Assembly: GCA_965541585.1 (NCBI GenBank)
Contig: CBEUCH010000001.1
Span: 288,001-352,000, forward strand
Length of the DNA stretch: 64,000 bases
Origin: an uncultured bacterium
GTDB lineage: Bacteria; Zixibacteria; MSB-5A5; UBA10806
Reading direction: 5' to 3'
The notes beneath the pieces are model-generated. The model had not been told where the DNA came from, made no database searches, and was given only the letters and a program-made list of their open reading frames with translations. The position numbers were made by a program, and so were the translations under genes. Of this stretch, positions 18,978 through 28,211 are shown piece after piece; position 1 is the first letter of the stretch; each line of letters starts with the position of its first letter.

Positions 18978-20084
18978 ATGATAACGCTTCGTGAACTTCT
19001 CGAATTGATGGTCAAGAGAAAAAGCTCCGACCTGCATATTACGGTTGGATCTCCGCCGGTTCTGCGGATTGACGGCAAACTGGTGAAAACCGATTATGAT
19101 GTTCTTACTCCTGAACAAACTAAGAAGCTGGCTTATTCGGTAATGAATGAGAGACAGCGTCAGAAATTCGAGGAGAATTCGGAGATGGATCTCTCCTTCG
19201 GTGTGGAGCAGCTTTCCAGATTTCGCTGCAACGTTTTCATGCAGCGAGGCAACGTGGCCGTGGCATTACGCCAGATTCCTCATATGATTCAAACGTTCAG
19301 CGAGCTGGGATTGCCCGAAGTGGTGCCGAAGTTGGCGGAGCTTCCCCGGGGGTTGATACTGGTCACCGGACCCACCGGATCCGGGAAATCGACCACGCTG
19401 GCGGCTCTTATTGATAAGATCAACGATGAAAGAAACCTGCATATAATAACAGTTGAAGATCCTATTGAGTATCTTCATAAGCATAAGAATTGCCTTATTA
19501 ATCAGCGAGAAGTTCACTCCGATACCAAGAGCTTTTCGGCATCGCTGAAATACGCGTTGCGGCAGGATCCGGATGTTGTTTTGATCGGTGAGATGCGGGA
19601 TCTGGAGACGATGGAGGCGGCGTTAACGATTTCGGAAACCGGCCACCTGGCATTCGCCACGCTGCATACTAACTCGGCGGCGGAGGCCGTCAACCGTATT
19701 GTGGATGTTTTCCCGACAAATCAGCAGGAGCAGGTAAGGGTTCAGCTATCATTTGTTCTGCAAGGGATAATAAGTCAGCAATTGATTCCGCGAATAGGCG
19801 GCGGCAGGGTGCTGGCTGTAGAGATACTGGTTGCGACGCCGGCGGTGAGGGCCGTAATCCGCGATGATAAGATTCATCAGATCTATTCGTTGATACAGGC
19901 CGGCCAGAAGTTCGGTATGAGAACCATGAATCAATCTATCTATGATCTTTATAAAAAGAAGAAGATCAATTACAACGACGCCATCGGTCGGTCATCCAAT
20001 ATCCATGAATTGGACGAAATGATTCAGAGACAGGGTCCGCAGGGCAGCGTAAAAAAAGGCCTTACATATCAGATTGAGAGGTAG
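18978..20084 (+). CDS. pilT: Type IV pilus retraction ATPase
   Basis: SDLHI, GPTGSGKSTT, EDPIEY, QRE, ETGHL..TLHTN, AVRAVIRD (AIRNLIRE equivalent). Confidence 0.94.
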   Translation: MITLRELLELMVKRKSSDLHITVGSPPVLRIDGKLVKTDYDVLTPEQTKKLAYSVMNERQRQKFEENSEMDLSFGVEQLSRFRCNVFMQRGNVAVALRQIPHMIQTFSELGLPEVVPKLAELPRGLILVTGPTGSGKSTTLAALIDKINDERNLHIITVEDPIEYLHKHKNCLINQREVHSDTKSFSASLKYALRQDPDVVLIGEMRDLETMEAALTISETGHLAFATLHTNSAAEAVNRIVDVFPTNQQEQVRVQLSFVLQGIISQQLIPRIGGGRVLAVEILVATPAVRAVIRDDKIHQIYSLIQAGQKFGMRTMNQSIYDLYKKKKINYNDAIGRSSNIHELDEMIQRQGPQGSVKKGLTYQIER

Positions 20085-20087
20085 TCC

Positions 20088-21287
20088 ATGCCTGTATTCG
20101 AATATAAAGGAAAGACGCGTGGAGGAAAACAGGTCCAGGGTGAGCTGAAGGCTAAAAACAGGGCGGAGCTTGAAAGGCTTCTGAGGGCCAACAAGATCCT
20201 GGTGACAGGTGTTTCCAAAAAGCCGGCGCAGATTCAGATAAGGTTCGGTTCCGGCATAAAGAGGGTAGATATATCGAGATTCACAAGGCAGTTCGCCACC
20301 ATGATATCGGCCGGTTTGCCCATGGTGCAGTGCCTGGAGATCCTCGGCACGCAGATGGAATCAGCGGAATTCCGTAAGATTATCGTTATGGTCAAGGAAT
20401 CCGTGCAATCAGGTGCGACGCTTTCCGAGGCCTTGGGCAAACACAAGAAAGTTTTCGATGATCTATATGTCAATATGGTAGAGGCCGGCGAGATCGGCGG
20501 CGCCCTGGATACTATCCTGATTCGGCTGGCGCAATACAAAGAGAAGACCGACAAGCTGATCAGAAAGGTCAAGGGGGCTCTGGTTTATCCGATCGTGGTG
20601 ATGGTGGTGGCCATGGGTGTAACCTTCGCTATGCTGAGGTATATTGTCCCGATCTTCGCCAAGATGTTTTCCGGCCTGGGAGCTGAATTGCCGGCGCCGA
20701 CCCAGGTTGTTCTGAATATCTCTAATTTCCTGAAGGAAAACACGCTGCTGATTATATTCATTCTGGTGATCGCCGGCATTGCCTTTAAGCTGTTTTTGAG
20801 AAATCCCAAAGGAAGACTGATTTTCGATGGTTTCAAGCTGAAAATGCCGCTTCTGGGCAGTTTAATCAGGAAAGGCGCCATCTCCAGGTTCACTAGAACT
20901 CTTTCGACCCTTCTTTCGTCCGGCGTATCGATTCTGGATGCCCTCAGTATTACAGCAAAGACTTCGGGCAACATGGTTCTTCAGAATGCCATCAAGAAAT
21001 CAACGGTCTCGATTGCCGAGGGTGAAACCATCACCCAGCCTCTGAAAGAGGTCGGGGTCTTTCCACCAATGGTGACGCAGATGATCTCTGTAGGCGAGAA
21101 AACCGGCGGTCTCGACGAGATGCTCTCCAAGATAGCGGATTTTTACGATGACGAGGTTGATGCTGCCGTAGCTGCCTTAACGTCGATAATCGAGCCAATC
21201 ATCATAGTTTTCATGGGGGCCATGATCGGTTGTATACTTATTGCCATGTATCTGCCGATGTTCGATATAATCGGTCAAATCGGTTAA
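20088..21287 (+). CDS. pilC: Type IV pilus platform protein (T2SS F family)
   Basis: FTRQFATMISAGLP, GEIGGALD, GEKTGGLDEML, EPIIIV..AMYLPMF. Confidence 0.94.
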   Translation: MPVFEYKGKTRGGKQVQGELKAKNRAELERLLRANKILVTGVSKKPAQIQIRFGSGIKRVDISRFTRQFATMISAGLPMVQCLEILGTQMESAEFRKIIVMVKESVQSGATLSEALGKHKKVFDDLYVNMVEAGEIGGALDTILIRLAQYKEKTDKLIRKVKGALVYPIVVMVVAMGVTFAMLRYIVPIFAKMFSGLGAELPAPTQVVLNISNFLKENTLLIIFILVIAGIAFKLFLRNPKGRLIFDGFKLKMPLLGSLIRKGAISRFTRTLSTLLSSGVSILDALSITAKTSGNMVLQNAIKKSTVSIAEGETITQPLKEVGVFPPMVTQMISVGEKTGGLDEMLSKIADFYDDEVDAAVAALTSIIEPIIIVFMGAMIGCILIAMYLPMFDIIGQIG

Positions 21288-21300
21288 GAGAACTGCTCCG

Positions 21301-21338
21301 AAACCGCTCTTTTCAAATAAGAAGGGAGCGGTTTTTTC
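21301..21338 (+). terminator. Rho-independent terminator-like hairpin after pilC
   Basis: AAACCGCTC..GAGCGGTTT stem followed by a T-run. Confidence 0.65.
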
Positions 21339-21341
21339 ATC

Positions 21342-23041
21342 ATGGATAAGTCAAAGAAATATAACCACTCGACGCCCGCCGATCGAAGTTTCTGGTTCTT
21401 ATCATTGCGATCGGTGATAATTCTATTGCTTTTCGGCTCCGGGCTGATCTTCCTGAGACCCTCGGAATTTAGCTATATACTCCTTGGCATTTATGGTTTT
21501 CTGGGAATCGTCTATTTTGTTTATAACGTTTCGGTAAAACATTATTCCGAGGAATTCGTCAGAAGCATCATAATAGCCCAGCTGGTTTTCGAGCTTCTTC
21601 TTGAGGGATTACTGGTTAACCATGTAGGAGGCAGCTTTTCACCGTTTACTTTATTCTTCATCATAAGCATCGTGGTGACCGCACTATATTTCCGTCTGCA
21701 GGGCTCGATACTGGTGGCCACTTCAGCCGGGCTTTTGTATTCTCTTCCTGTATTCTTCGATTTGTCGTTTATCTACGAGGGTCTAATCGAACCTCCGAGG
21801 TTGGCCGGGCTGGGCATCTCATCGGATGAAGCGTTCTATACCGTATTTCTGCATCTTTGCCTGTTTTACTCTTTCTCATTCATATCCGGATACCTGGCGC
21901 AGAATCTCTTCGTCACGACGCGGGAACTGAGGAGATTAAGAGTCGAGACCAGCGAAATCCTGGAGCAGATGCGTTCGGGCCTGCTGACTGTCAATGCCGA
22001 GAAACGAATCGTATATTTCAATAAAGCGGCCGGTGAAATCCTGGGGCTTGATCCCGGAGATGTGCGTGGTGGACATATTCTTAATGTGTTCGGGAAAGGC
22101 TGCAGAGAGTTTCGACGACGACTCGACGCTGCCCTGGATTATAAGCGGGCGGAAGACCGTACGGAAATCATCGTCGAACACCACCGAAGCGGCACAATCC
22201 CGCTTGGACTTTCGATATCCATTATAAGAGACGATGAGGAGGAGTTAAGAGGAATAATAGCTGTTTTTCAGGACTTGACGGAAGCCAAGAAACTTGAGGA
22301 ACGGATCAGGGCGGCCGATCGGCTGGCGGCGGTCGGCCAACTGGCAGCCGGCATCGCTCATGAAATCAGAAACCCGCTGGCATCGATATCGGGCTCGGTA
22401 GAGGTCCTGAAAGACGAACTCAATCCTGACGGTGATAACCTTCGCCTGATGCAGTTGATCTTAAAGGAGTCATCGAGGCTCAACACCATACTGACGGATT
22501 TTCTCAATTTCGCCCGCATAAACAGAAAATCCACAGATAGGAGTGATCTCAGCGTGGTGATTCCAGAGGTGATTGAACTCGCAGCAGGTGATAGCAAGAT
22601 CAATGATTCCGTTGAGATTACGCATAATCTGCATCAGCAAAATATCCTGGTGGCGGGTAGTGAGGATCAGATTAAGCAGATTCTCTGGAATTTGATTTTA
22701 AACTCCGCTCAGGCGATGGGGGGAAAGGTGGAGTGATCCGGATCTCCACCGAGAATTATTGTTCCGACGTGGGTATTCAAATGGTCAAGCTGATTGTAAC
22801 TGATGAGGGCCCGGGCGTTCCTGCCGGGATCAGAGATAAGATTTTCGACCCGTTTTTCTCGACCGGGCAGGATGGCACCGGTTTAGGGTTGCCGATTGTG
22901 GTTCGCCTCGTGGATTGCCTGGAGGGTAAAATCGACCTTGAATCTTCGGCGGAAACCGGCACGAGATTTTCGATATGCCTGCCCATAGAGCAGGCCAAAA
23001 AGAAGAAACCCAAAACGCTGCAAGAAGTTATGACAAGCTGA
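21342..23041 (+). pseudogene. PilS-like PAS/HisKA/HATPase sensor kinase split by a -1 frameshift at about 22721-22727
   Basis: 21342-22736 has TMs, PAS, H-box (AHEIRNPL) and N-box (QILWNLILNS). 22733-23041 carries G1/F/G2 boxes (DEGPG, IFDPFFS, GTGLGL) in the -1 frame. Confidence 0.8.
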
Positions 23042-23078
23042 AATTTCTTCGGTTTTTTCTTTCAGCTATATTTTTTTC

Positions 23079-23107
23079 TTGACGATTGAACAAATGAACA
23101 GTATATT
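23079..23107 (+). promoter_or_regulatory. lexA promoter with candidate LexA operator in the spacer
   Basis: TTGACG-N17-TATATT; spacer contains TGAACAAATGAACA. Confidence 0.65.
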
Positions 23108-23183
23108 TCTTTGCAGGTCCATACGGACTCGCGCGGACAACTTATGGATTGGAAATTGAAAATAAAAATAGAGGAGGGCAATC

Positions 23184-23810
23184 ATGGCTAAGGATTTGAC
23201 TGCCAGACAGCGAGAGATCTTCGAGTTTATCAAGGGGATGATTCGCAGTAAGGGGCGGCCGCCATCCATAAGGGAGATCGGGGAGCAGTTCGCCATCCGT
23301 TCCACAAACGGCGTCAGGGCCGTTCTGGAGGCCCTGGAGCGCAAGGGGTATATCCGTCGAGATAGATACACATCCCGGGGAATTGAGCTTTTGAAAGAGG
23401 CCGACGAGATAGTGTCATCGGGGCGCCTCCGGGAGATCTTCTGGGTCGGTCGGGTGGCCGCCGGCACGCCGGTCTGGGCCGAGGAGAATATTGAGGGCAG
23501 TTTCCTCATAGACCGGGAATTCGTGCCGGGCGAGGAGGTCTTCTCGCTGAAGGTGCAGGGCGATTCCATGATCGACGCCGGCATATTCGACGGCGATTAT
23601 GTGCTGGTTAGAAAACAGCCCAACGCCGACCCCGGCGATATGGTGGTGGCGCAGATCGGCGATGAGGCCACGGTCAAGAAGTTTTTCCCCGAGAGAAAGA
23701 GAATCCGCCTGGAGCCGGCCAACACCGATTACGGCCCCATAATCATAGAGAAAAGCACCCCCGGGTTTTCAATCGCCGGCAAGGTGATCGGGTTGTTAAG
23801 GAGGATGTAG
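23184..23810 (+). CDS. lexA: SOS repressor LexA
   Basis: LTARQ..PPSIREI wHTH, VAAG cleavage site, GDSM Ser, ATVK Lys. Confidence 0.96.
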   Translation: MAKDLTARQREIFEFIKGMIRSKGRPPSIREIGEQFAIRSTNGVRAVLEALERKGYIRRDRYTSRGIELLKEADEIVSSGRLREIFWVGRVAAGTPVWAEENIEGSFLIDREFVPGEEVFSLKVQGDSMIDAGIFDGDYVLVRKQPNADPGDMVVAQIGDEATVKKFFPERKRIRLEPANTDYGPIIIEKSTPGFSIAGKVIGLLRRM

Positions 23811-23878
23811 GGGGGAGCGGGAATATATGTTATTTGGGGGGTAATGTTTATATTTGGAATTGGATATTTTGTATGTAT

Positions 23879-23907
23879 CGTAGGGGCGAGGTTACCTCGC
23901 CCCTACG
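23879..23907. repeat. REP-like palindrome, family A
   Basis: CGTAGGGGCGAGGT-T-ACCTCGCCCCTACG, a perfect GTAG-led inverted repeat. Confidence 0.85.
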
Positions 23908-23978
23908 GAAAAACCCAAATGGGGGTGTGATATGATTAATATGAGGATTGATATTATTCGGAGGGAATCCCCCTCTGC

Positions 23979-24017
23979 GGGTCGATCTGTCTGCCCGTAT
24001 GGGAGATCGACCCCTAC
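23979..24017. repeat. REP-like hairpin related to family A
   Basis: GGGTCGATCT..AGATCGACCC followed by CTAC (GTAG on the minus strand). Confidence 0.6.
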
Positions 24018-24056
24018 AGAATGTGGGAAGGGAATCGGTGAAGTGGAAGAAATGAG

Positions 24057-24644
24057 ATGAAAAGTGGGTCAAAACTGCCAAGAAAGCGATCAATACGATT
24101 GAAAGATTATGATTATTCGCAAAATAACGCCTATTTCGTGACGATTTGCACGAAAGATAGGTTACCGACGATAGATTCCGGCATTATTCGCGGAATTATC
24201 CAAAAAGCCTGGGAAAACCTTCCAAACCATTATCCCACAGTTATTCTGGATGAATTTGTGATTATGCCCAACCATGTGCACGGGATAATCATAATAAATG
24301 ATCAAAATAAATATGGCTTCTGTAGGGGCGAGGTTACCTCGCCCCTACGAAAGAAAATAACATTAGGCCAGATTGTGGCCTGTTTTAAATACCAATCGAC
24401 AAAATCAATAAATCAAATCCGCGGATCTATTGGTGTTCCATTCTGGCAGCGCAATTATTACGAACATGTAATACGAAACGATGATGATTTACATAAAACC
24501 AGAAAATATATCCGGGAGAATCCTTTGAAATGGGATCTGGATGAGGAGAATCCCAATAATATTTTGCAAGTAACTCGGGGGGCAACGTTAACCATGGGGG
24601 GTAAACATTGTACCAGGATATCGAGGAACAGGTCGATGTCATAG
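24057..24644 (+). mobile_element. REP-associated tyrosine transposase (RAYT/TnpA-REP, HUH Y1 family)
   Basis: RSIRLKDYDYS..YFVTICT, FVIMPNHVHGII (HUH), WQRNYYEHVIR, YIRENP; adjacent REPs. Confidence 0.9.
24322..24348. repeat. REP-like palindrome, family A, inside the RAYT coding sequence
   Basis: GTAGGGGCGAGGTTACCTCGCCCCTAC identical to 23880-23906. Confidence 0.85.
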
Positions 24645-24856
24645 CCATCTTCGAGACTGGTCGGATGCGGCCGATCAAGTTCCGGTGGAACGGACGGGCT
24701 ATCAAGATAAAAAAAGTCACCGGCGCCTGGAAATCGGATGTGGGGGCGCACAAGATCCGCTATTTCGCGGTGCTCGATTCGGCCTCTAATTTTTTCCAAC
24801 TCGCCTACGACGAGAGAAACACCGTCTGGGTTTTGAACAAGATATGGGTGGAATAA
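24608..24856 (+). CDS. Small beta-rich protein, DUF6504-like, coupled to dinB
   Basis: 82 aa, P..FRWNGR.IKI..V..W...FQLAYD...WVL pattern; overlaps the dinB start. Confidence 0.65.
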   Translation: MYQDIEEQVDVIAIFETGRMRPIKFRWNGRAIKIKKVTGAWKSDVGAHKIRYFAVLDSASNFFQLAYDERNTVWVLNKIWVE

Positions 24857-26055
24857 AAAACGACTCGGTCTGGCGGGGGTGCAGGGCGATCATGCATATC
24901 GACATGGACGCCTTCTTCGCTGCGGTGGAGCAAAAAATCAACCCCGATCTGAGGGGAAGGCCTGTGATCGTAGGCGGCACTCCCGATTCGAGAGGGGTGG
25001 TTTCCACATGCTCGTATGAGGCCAGAAACTACGGAGTGCATTCCGCCATGCCGATGAGGCAAGCGTACAAACTATGCCCTCAGGCAGTATATATAGACAC
25101 ATCGGGGGGCAAGTATTCGTATATGTCGGTCAGGGTATTGAATGTCTTGAAAAACTACTCGCCCAATGTCGAGCCGGTATCAATAGATGAAGCATTCGTG
25201 GATATCACCGGTGTGCACGAACGGTATGGGGGACCTGAAAAGCTGGCGGCAAGTGTGAAGCGAGATATAAAAAAAGAGCATGGCCTGACATCATCAATAG
25301 GGATTGGTCCGAACAGGTTCGTGGCCAAGATGGCATCATCTGCGAACAAGCCGGACGGCCTGGTGATAATTCCACGGGAAGAAGTGAGGCAATTTTTATG
25401 GGTCCAGCCGGTAAGACATCTCTGGGGGGTAGGCCCGAAATCGGAGGAAGCTTTTAAAAGGATCGGAATAGAAACTATAGGCGATCTGGCTAAGACCGAC
25501 GGGGGCAAGCTAAAAAAGATGTTTGGGATAGCAGGACCGGCATTGAAAAAAATGGCCACCGGAGAAGGCGATGACGATGTCCGTCCCAGCGATATTGATC
25601 ACGAGGCTAAATCGATGGGGCATGAGCACACGTTCCACCGCGACACGAACAATCAGGATGAAGTTATAGGATTGTTATTGTACCTCTCTGACAGGGTATC
25701 CCGTCGCCTGAGGCAATCCGGTTGCGAGGGGAAAACGGTTGCGTTAAAGATCAGAAAATCAAGTTACAAATTGGTTACCCGGTCCTCTACTTTAAAAGAA
25801 TATTTCGATACGGAAAAGACAATTTTCCGGACTGCAAAGATGTTGTTGTTGAAAAATAGATTTCTCGATGAACCGATCAGGCTCTTAGGCGTGAATGTTT
25901 CTAACCTCAGGAGTAAGAGAGATCCATATTATAATGAATTGCTATCGGGAGATGATCCTCGAATAAAAAGCGAGAAAATCGACCTACTGTTGGATTGCCT
26001 GCGTGACCGGCATGGCGAGGAATCTATATTTTTCGCCGGTTCGCGTGTTTTTTAA
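24844..26055 (+). CDS. dinB: DNA polymerase IV (Y family)
   Basis: HIDMDAFFAAVE, SYEARNYGVHSAMP, SIDEAFVD, AKMAS..KPDG. Confidence 0.95.
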   Translation: MGGIKNDSVWRGCRAIMHIDMDAFFAAVEQKINPDLRGRPVIVGGTPDSRGVVSTCSYEARNYGVHSAMPMRQAYKLCPQAVYIDTSGGKYSYMSVRVLNVLKNYSPNVEPVSIDEAFVDITGVHERYGGPEKLAASVKRDIKKEHGLTSSIGIGPNRFVAKMASSANKPDGLVIIPREEVRQFLWVQPVRHLWGVGPKSEEAFKRIGIETIGDLAKTDGGKLKKMFGIAGPALKKMATGEGDDDVRPSDIDHEAKSMGHEHTFHRDTNNQDEVIGLLLYLSDRVSRRLRQSGCEGKTVALKIRKSSYKLVTRSSTLKEYFDTEKTIFRTAKMLLLKNRFLDEPIRLLGVNVSNLRSKRDPYYNELLSGDDPRIKSEKIDLLLDCLRDRHGEESIFFAGSRVF

Positions 26056-26135
26056 AACGAATATCCTTGACATAAATAGACCTCTTTTCTTTATTGCCCG
26101 TGGCATGAAAGTGATTAAATTAAGGCGGGTGTAGC

Positions 26136-27353
26136 ATGGGTAGCGAAGATGTGATGGAAAAGGCGATGCCTTTATTGGACCGTTGGCAATTTTCAGCCAG
26201 GGCAATAAGTTTAGAAAGCTCAATCATAAGGGAGATTCTCAGGGATTCATCTCAACCCGGGGTTATTAATTTCGCCGGTGGGCTGCCCGCCCCCGAACTT
26301 TTCCCCATTGATGACATCAAATCTGCCTGCGAGCGAGTCTTAGCCGAATACGGCCCTAGTTCACTACAGTATTCCCTGACCACCGGAATTCCCCCTCTCA
26401 GAGAATATCTCGCCGGGAGGGTTTCTATCGGCGGTATAGAATATTCCCCCGAATCGATTCAGATCACCTGCGGCGCCCAGCAGGGTCTTGATATCATCGG
26501 GCGGGTTTTTCTGGAACCGGGTTCCGTGGTTCTGACGGAGGAGCCAACCTATGTGGGAGCCATTCAGGCCTTTTCTTTCTACGATGCCCGATTCATCTCC
26601 GTCGTCACCGACACTGACGGCATGCTTCCCGACGATCTGGAGAAAAAGGTCATCAAGTATAAGCCGACCATGATATACCTGGTTCCTAATTTTCAGAATC
26701 CCTCCGGCATAACGATGTCGAAATCACGTCGGCAGGCAGTTATCGAACTGGCGATAAAATATGATGTTCCTATTATCGATGACAATCCTTACCGTGAGTT
26801 GCGCTACATGGGTGAGCATGTGCCGTCGCTGAAGGCCATGGACAGGGAGCACGTCATCCAGCTGGGAACATTTTCGAAGATAATCTCGCCGGGGCTCAGG
26901 ATTGGCTGGATTGTCGCGGAACCCGAGGTCATTTCCTTATGCGAAAGAATGAAACAGGCCTGCGATCTTCATACCAATACTTTTGCCCAGTATGTTGTCT
27001 ATGAATTTGCCGCCAGCGGCGACCTGGAAAAACATATCGATAGGTTGATTGAATCTTACAGTGTTCGCCGTAACGTTATGATCGAGGCTCTGAGAAATTA
27101 TTTCGACGACGGAACGACGTGGACTGAACCAGAAGGCGGTTTATTCCTCTGGGTCAGGTGTCCCGCGGGGATATCGGCATCCGCGTTACTGCCGAAGGCC
27201 CTTGAGGCCGGGGTCGCTTATGTGCCGGGCAAATATTTCTACAGTCAAAAACCCGACGATGCGACTATCCGGCTTAATTTCTGCAATGCCACCGAGGAGA
27301 AGATTGTGGAGGGGGTCAGGAGACTGGCAGGAGTTATCAAGACGGCCGTGTAA
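26136..27353 (+). CDS. PLP-dependent aminotransferase class I (LysN/2-aminoadipate transaminase-like)
   Basis: INFAGGLP, PNFQNPSG, DDNPY, GTFSKIISPGLRIGW, PEGGLFLW. Confidence 0.88.
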   Translation: MGSEDVMEKAMPLLDRWQFSARAISLESSIIREILRDSSQPGVINFAGGLPAPELFPIDDIKSACERVLAEYGPSSLQYSLTTGIPPLREYLAGRVSIGGIEYSPESIQITCGAQQGLDIIGRVFLEPGSVVLTEEPTYVGAIQAFSFYDARFISVVTDTDGMLPDDLEKKVIKYKPTMIYLVPNFQNPSGITMSKSRRQAVIELAIKYDVPIIDDNPYRELRYMGEHVPSLKAMDREHVIQLGTFSKIISPGLRIGWIVAEPEVISLCERMKQACDLHTNTFAQYVVYEFAASGDLEKHIDRLIESYSVRRNVMIEALRNYFDDGTTWTEPEGGLFLWVRCPAGISASALLPKALEAGVAYVPGKYFYSQKPDDATIRLNFCNATEEKIVEGVRRLAGVIKTAV

Positions 27354-27368
27354 TAGCAGCGCTGGCTC

Positions 27369-28211
27369 ATGGAAATACCTTTTATAAAAATTCAGAGTGC
27401 CGGGAATGATTATGTCTATATTGAAAAAAAGTCGATCTCTCGTCTGAAAACGAACACTCCCTCCCTTGCTCGACGCATGTCAGACAGGAACAGAGGCATC
27501 GGATCGGACGGCCTGATTATTGTCGATATGCCTGACAAAAATGCAGCCTTTATAAGGATTTACAATGGTGATGGTTCGGAGGCTGAACTTTGCGGCAATG
27601 GACTCCGCGGGGCGGCCTTATACCTCAGGAGGGCTCAGAAGAGTCGGGCGCGGAGATTTCTAATCTGCACTCGCTGGAACGATTATCGGGTGGAGGTGGT
27701 TAGTCTTTCCGAAGATGCCGCTATTATTCGGGCATCTCTGAGCGGGCCATCATTTAACGCCAGGGCAATAGGGTATTCGGAAGATGAAAGTATCTGTATG
27801 GGCGTCCCCGTATCCGTTGGTGAATGCCGGAGAGATCTTTATTGCGTCGCCATGCCCAATCCTTTCGCGGTGATTTTTGTTGACAATTTCGATTTTGACT
27901 GGCAGAAAGAGGGTCGGGCCATCGAGAATAGCCCGATATTCAAGAATAGGATAAACGTTATGTTTACAAGGATCGATTCTCGCAGACAGATTACAGTTGT
28001 GCCCTGGGAACGGGGCTCTGGCGCTACGCTGGCTTGCGGATCGGGGGCGGCAGCGGCCATGGCGGTTTCGGGATTGCTCGGCTATACCGGTGGAAGAGTT
28101 TCCGTCATAATGCCCGGGGGGACGCTCAAAACATCATGGAATATCGAGGACAACGAAATCCACCAGGAAGGACCGAGCAGGGTCGTTTTTACGGGATCAT
28201 ATAAGATTTGA
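27369..28211 (+). CDS. dapF: Diaminopimelate epimerase
   Basis: GNDY, GIGSDG, YNGDGSEAELCGNG, WERGSGATLACGSG (both catalytic Cys). Confidence 0.9.
   Translation: MEIPFIKIQSAGNDYVYIEKKSISRLKTNTPSLARRMSDRNRGIGSDGLIIVDMPDKNAAFIRIYNGDGSEAELCGNGLRGAALYLRRAQKSRARRFLICTRWNDYRVEVVSLSEDAAIIRASLSGPSFNARAIGYSEDESICMGVPVSVGECRRDLYCVAMPNPFAVIFVDNFDFDWQKEGRAIENSPIFKNRINVMFTRIDSRRQITVVPWERGSGATLACGSGAAAAMAVSGLLGYTGGRVSVIMPGGTLKTSWNIEDNEIHQEGPSRVVFTGSYKI

Noticed and set aside
22734..22736. Selenocysteine read-through of the TGA in the pilS-like gene
   Set aside because: The in-frame continuation stops soon and is not kinase-like; the missing domain is in the -1 frame.
23066..23584. 172-aa antisense ORF over lexA and the many other antisense or nested ORFs in the track
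   Set aside because: Shadow ORFs of well-supported genes with no recognisable motifs or RBS.
24057..24644. IS200/IS605 element with TnpB/IscB RNA-guided nuclease
   Set aside because: Both Y1 transposases are RAYT-type with REPs, and no tnpB or iscB ORF is adjacent.
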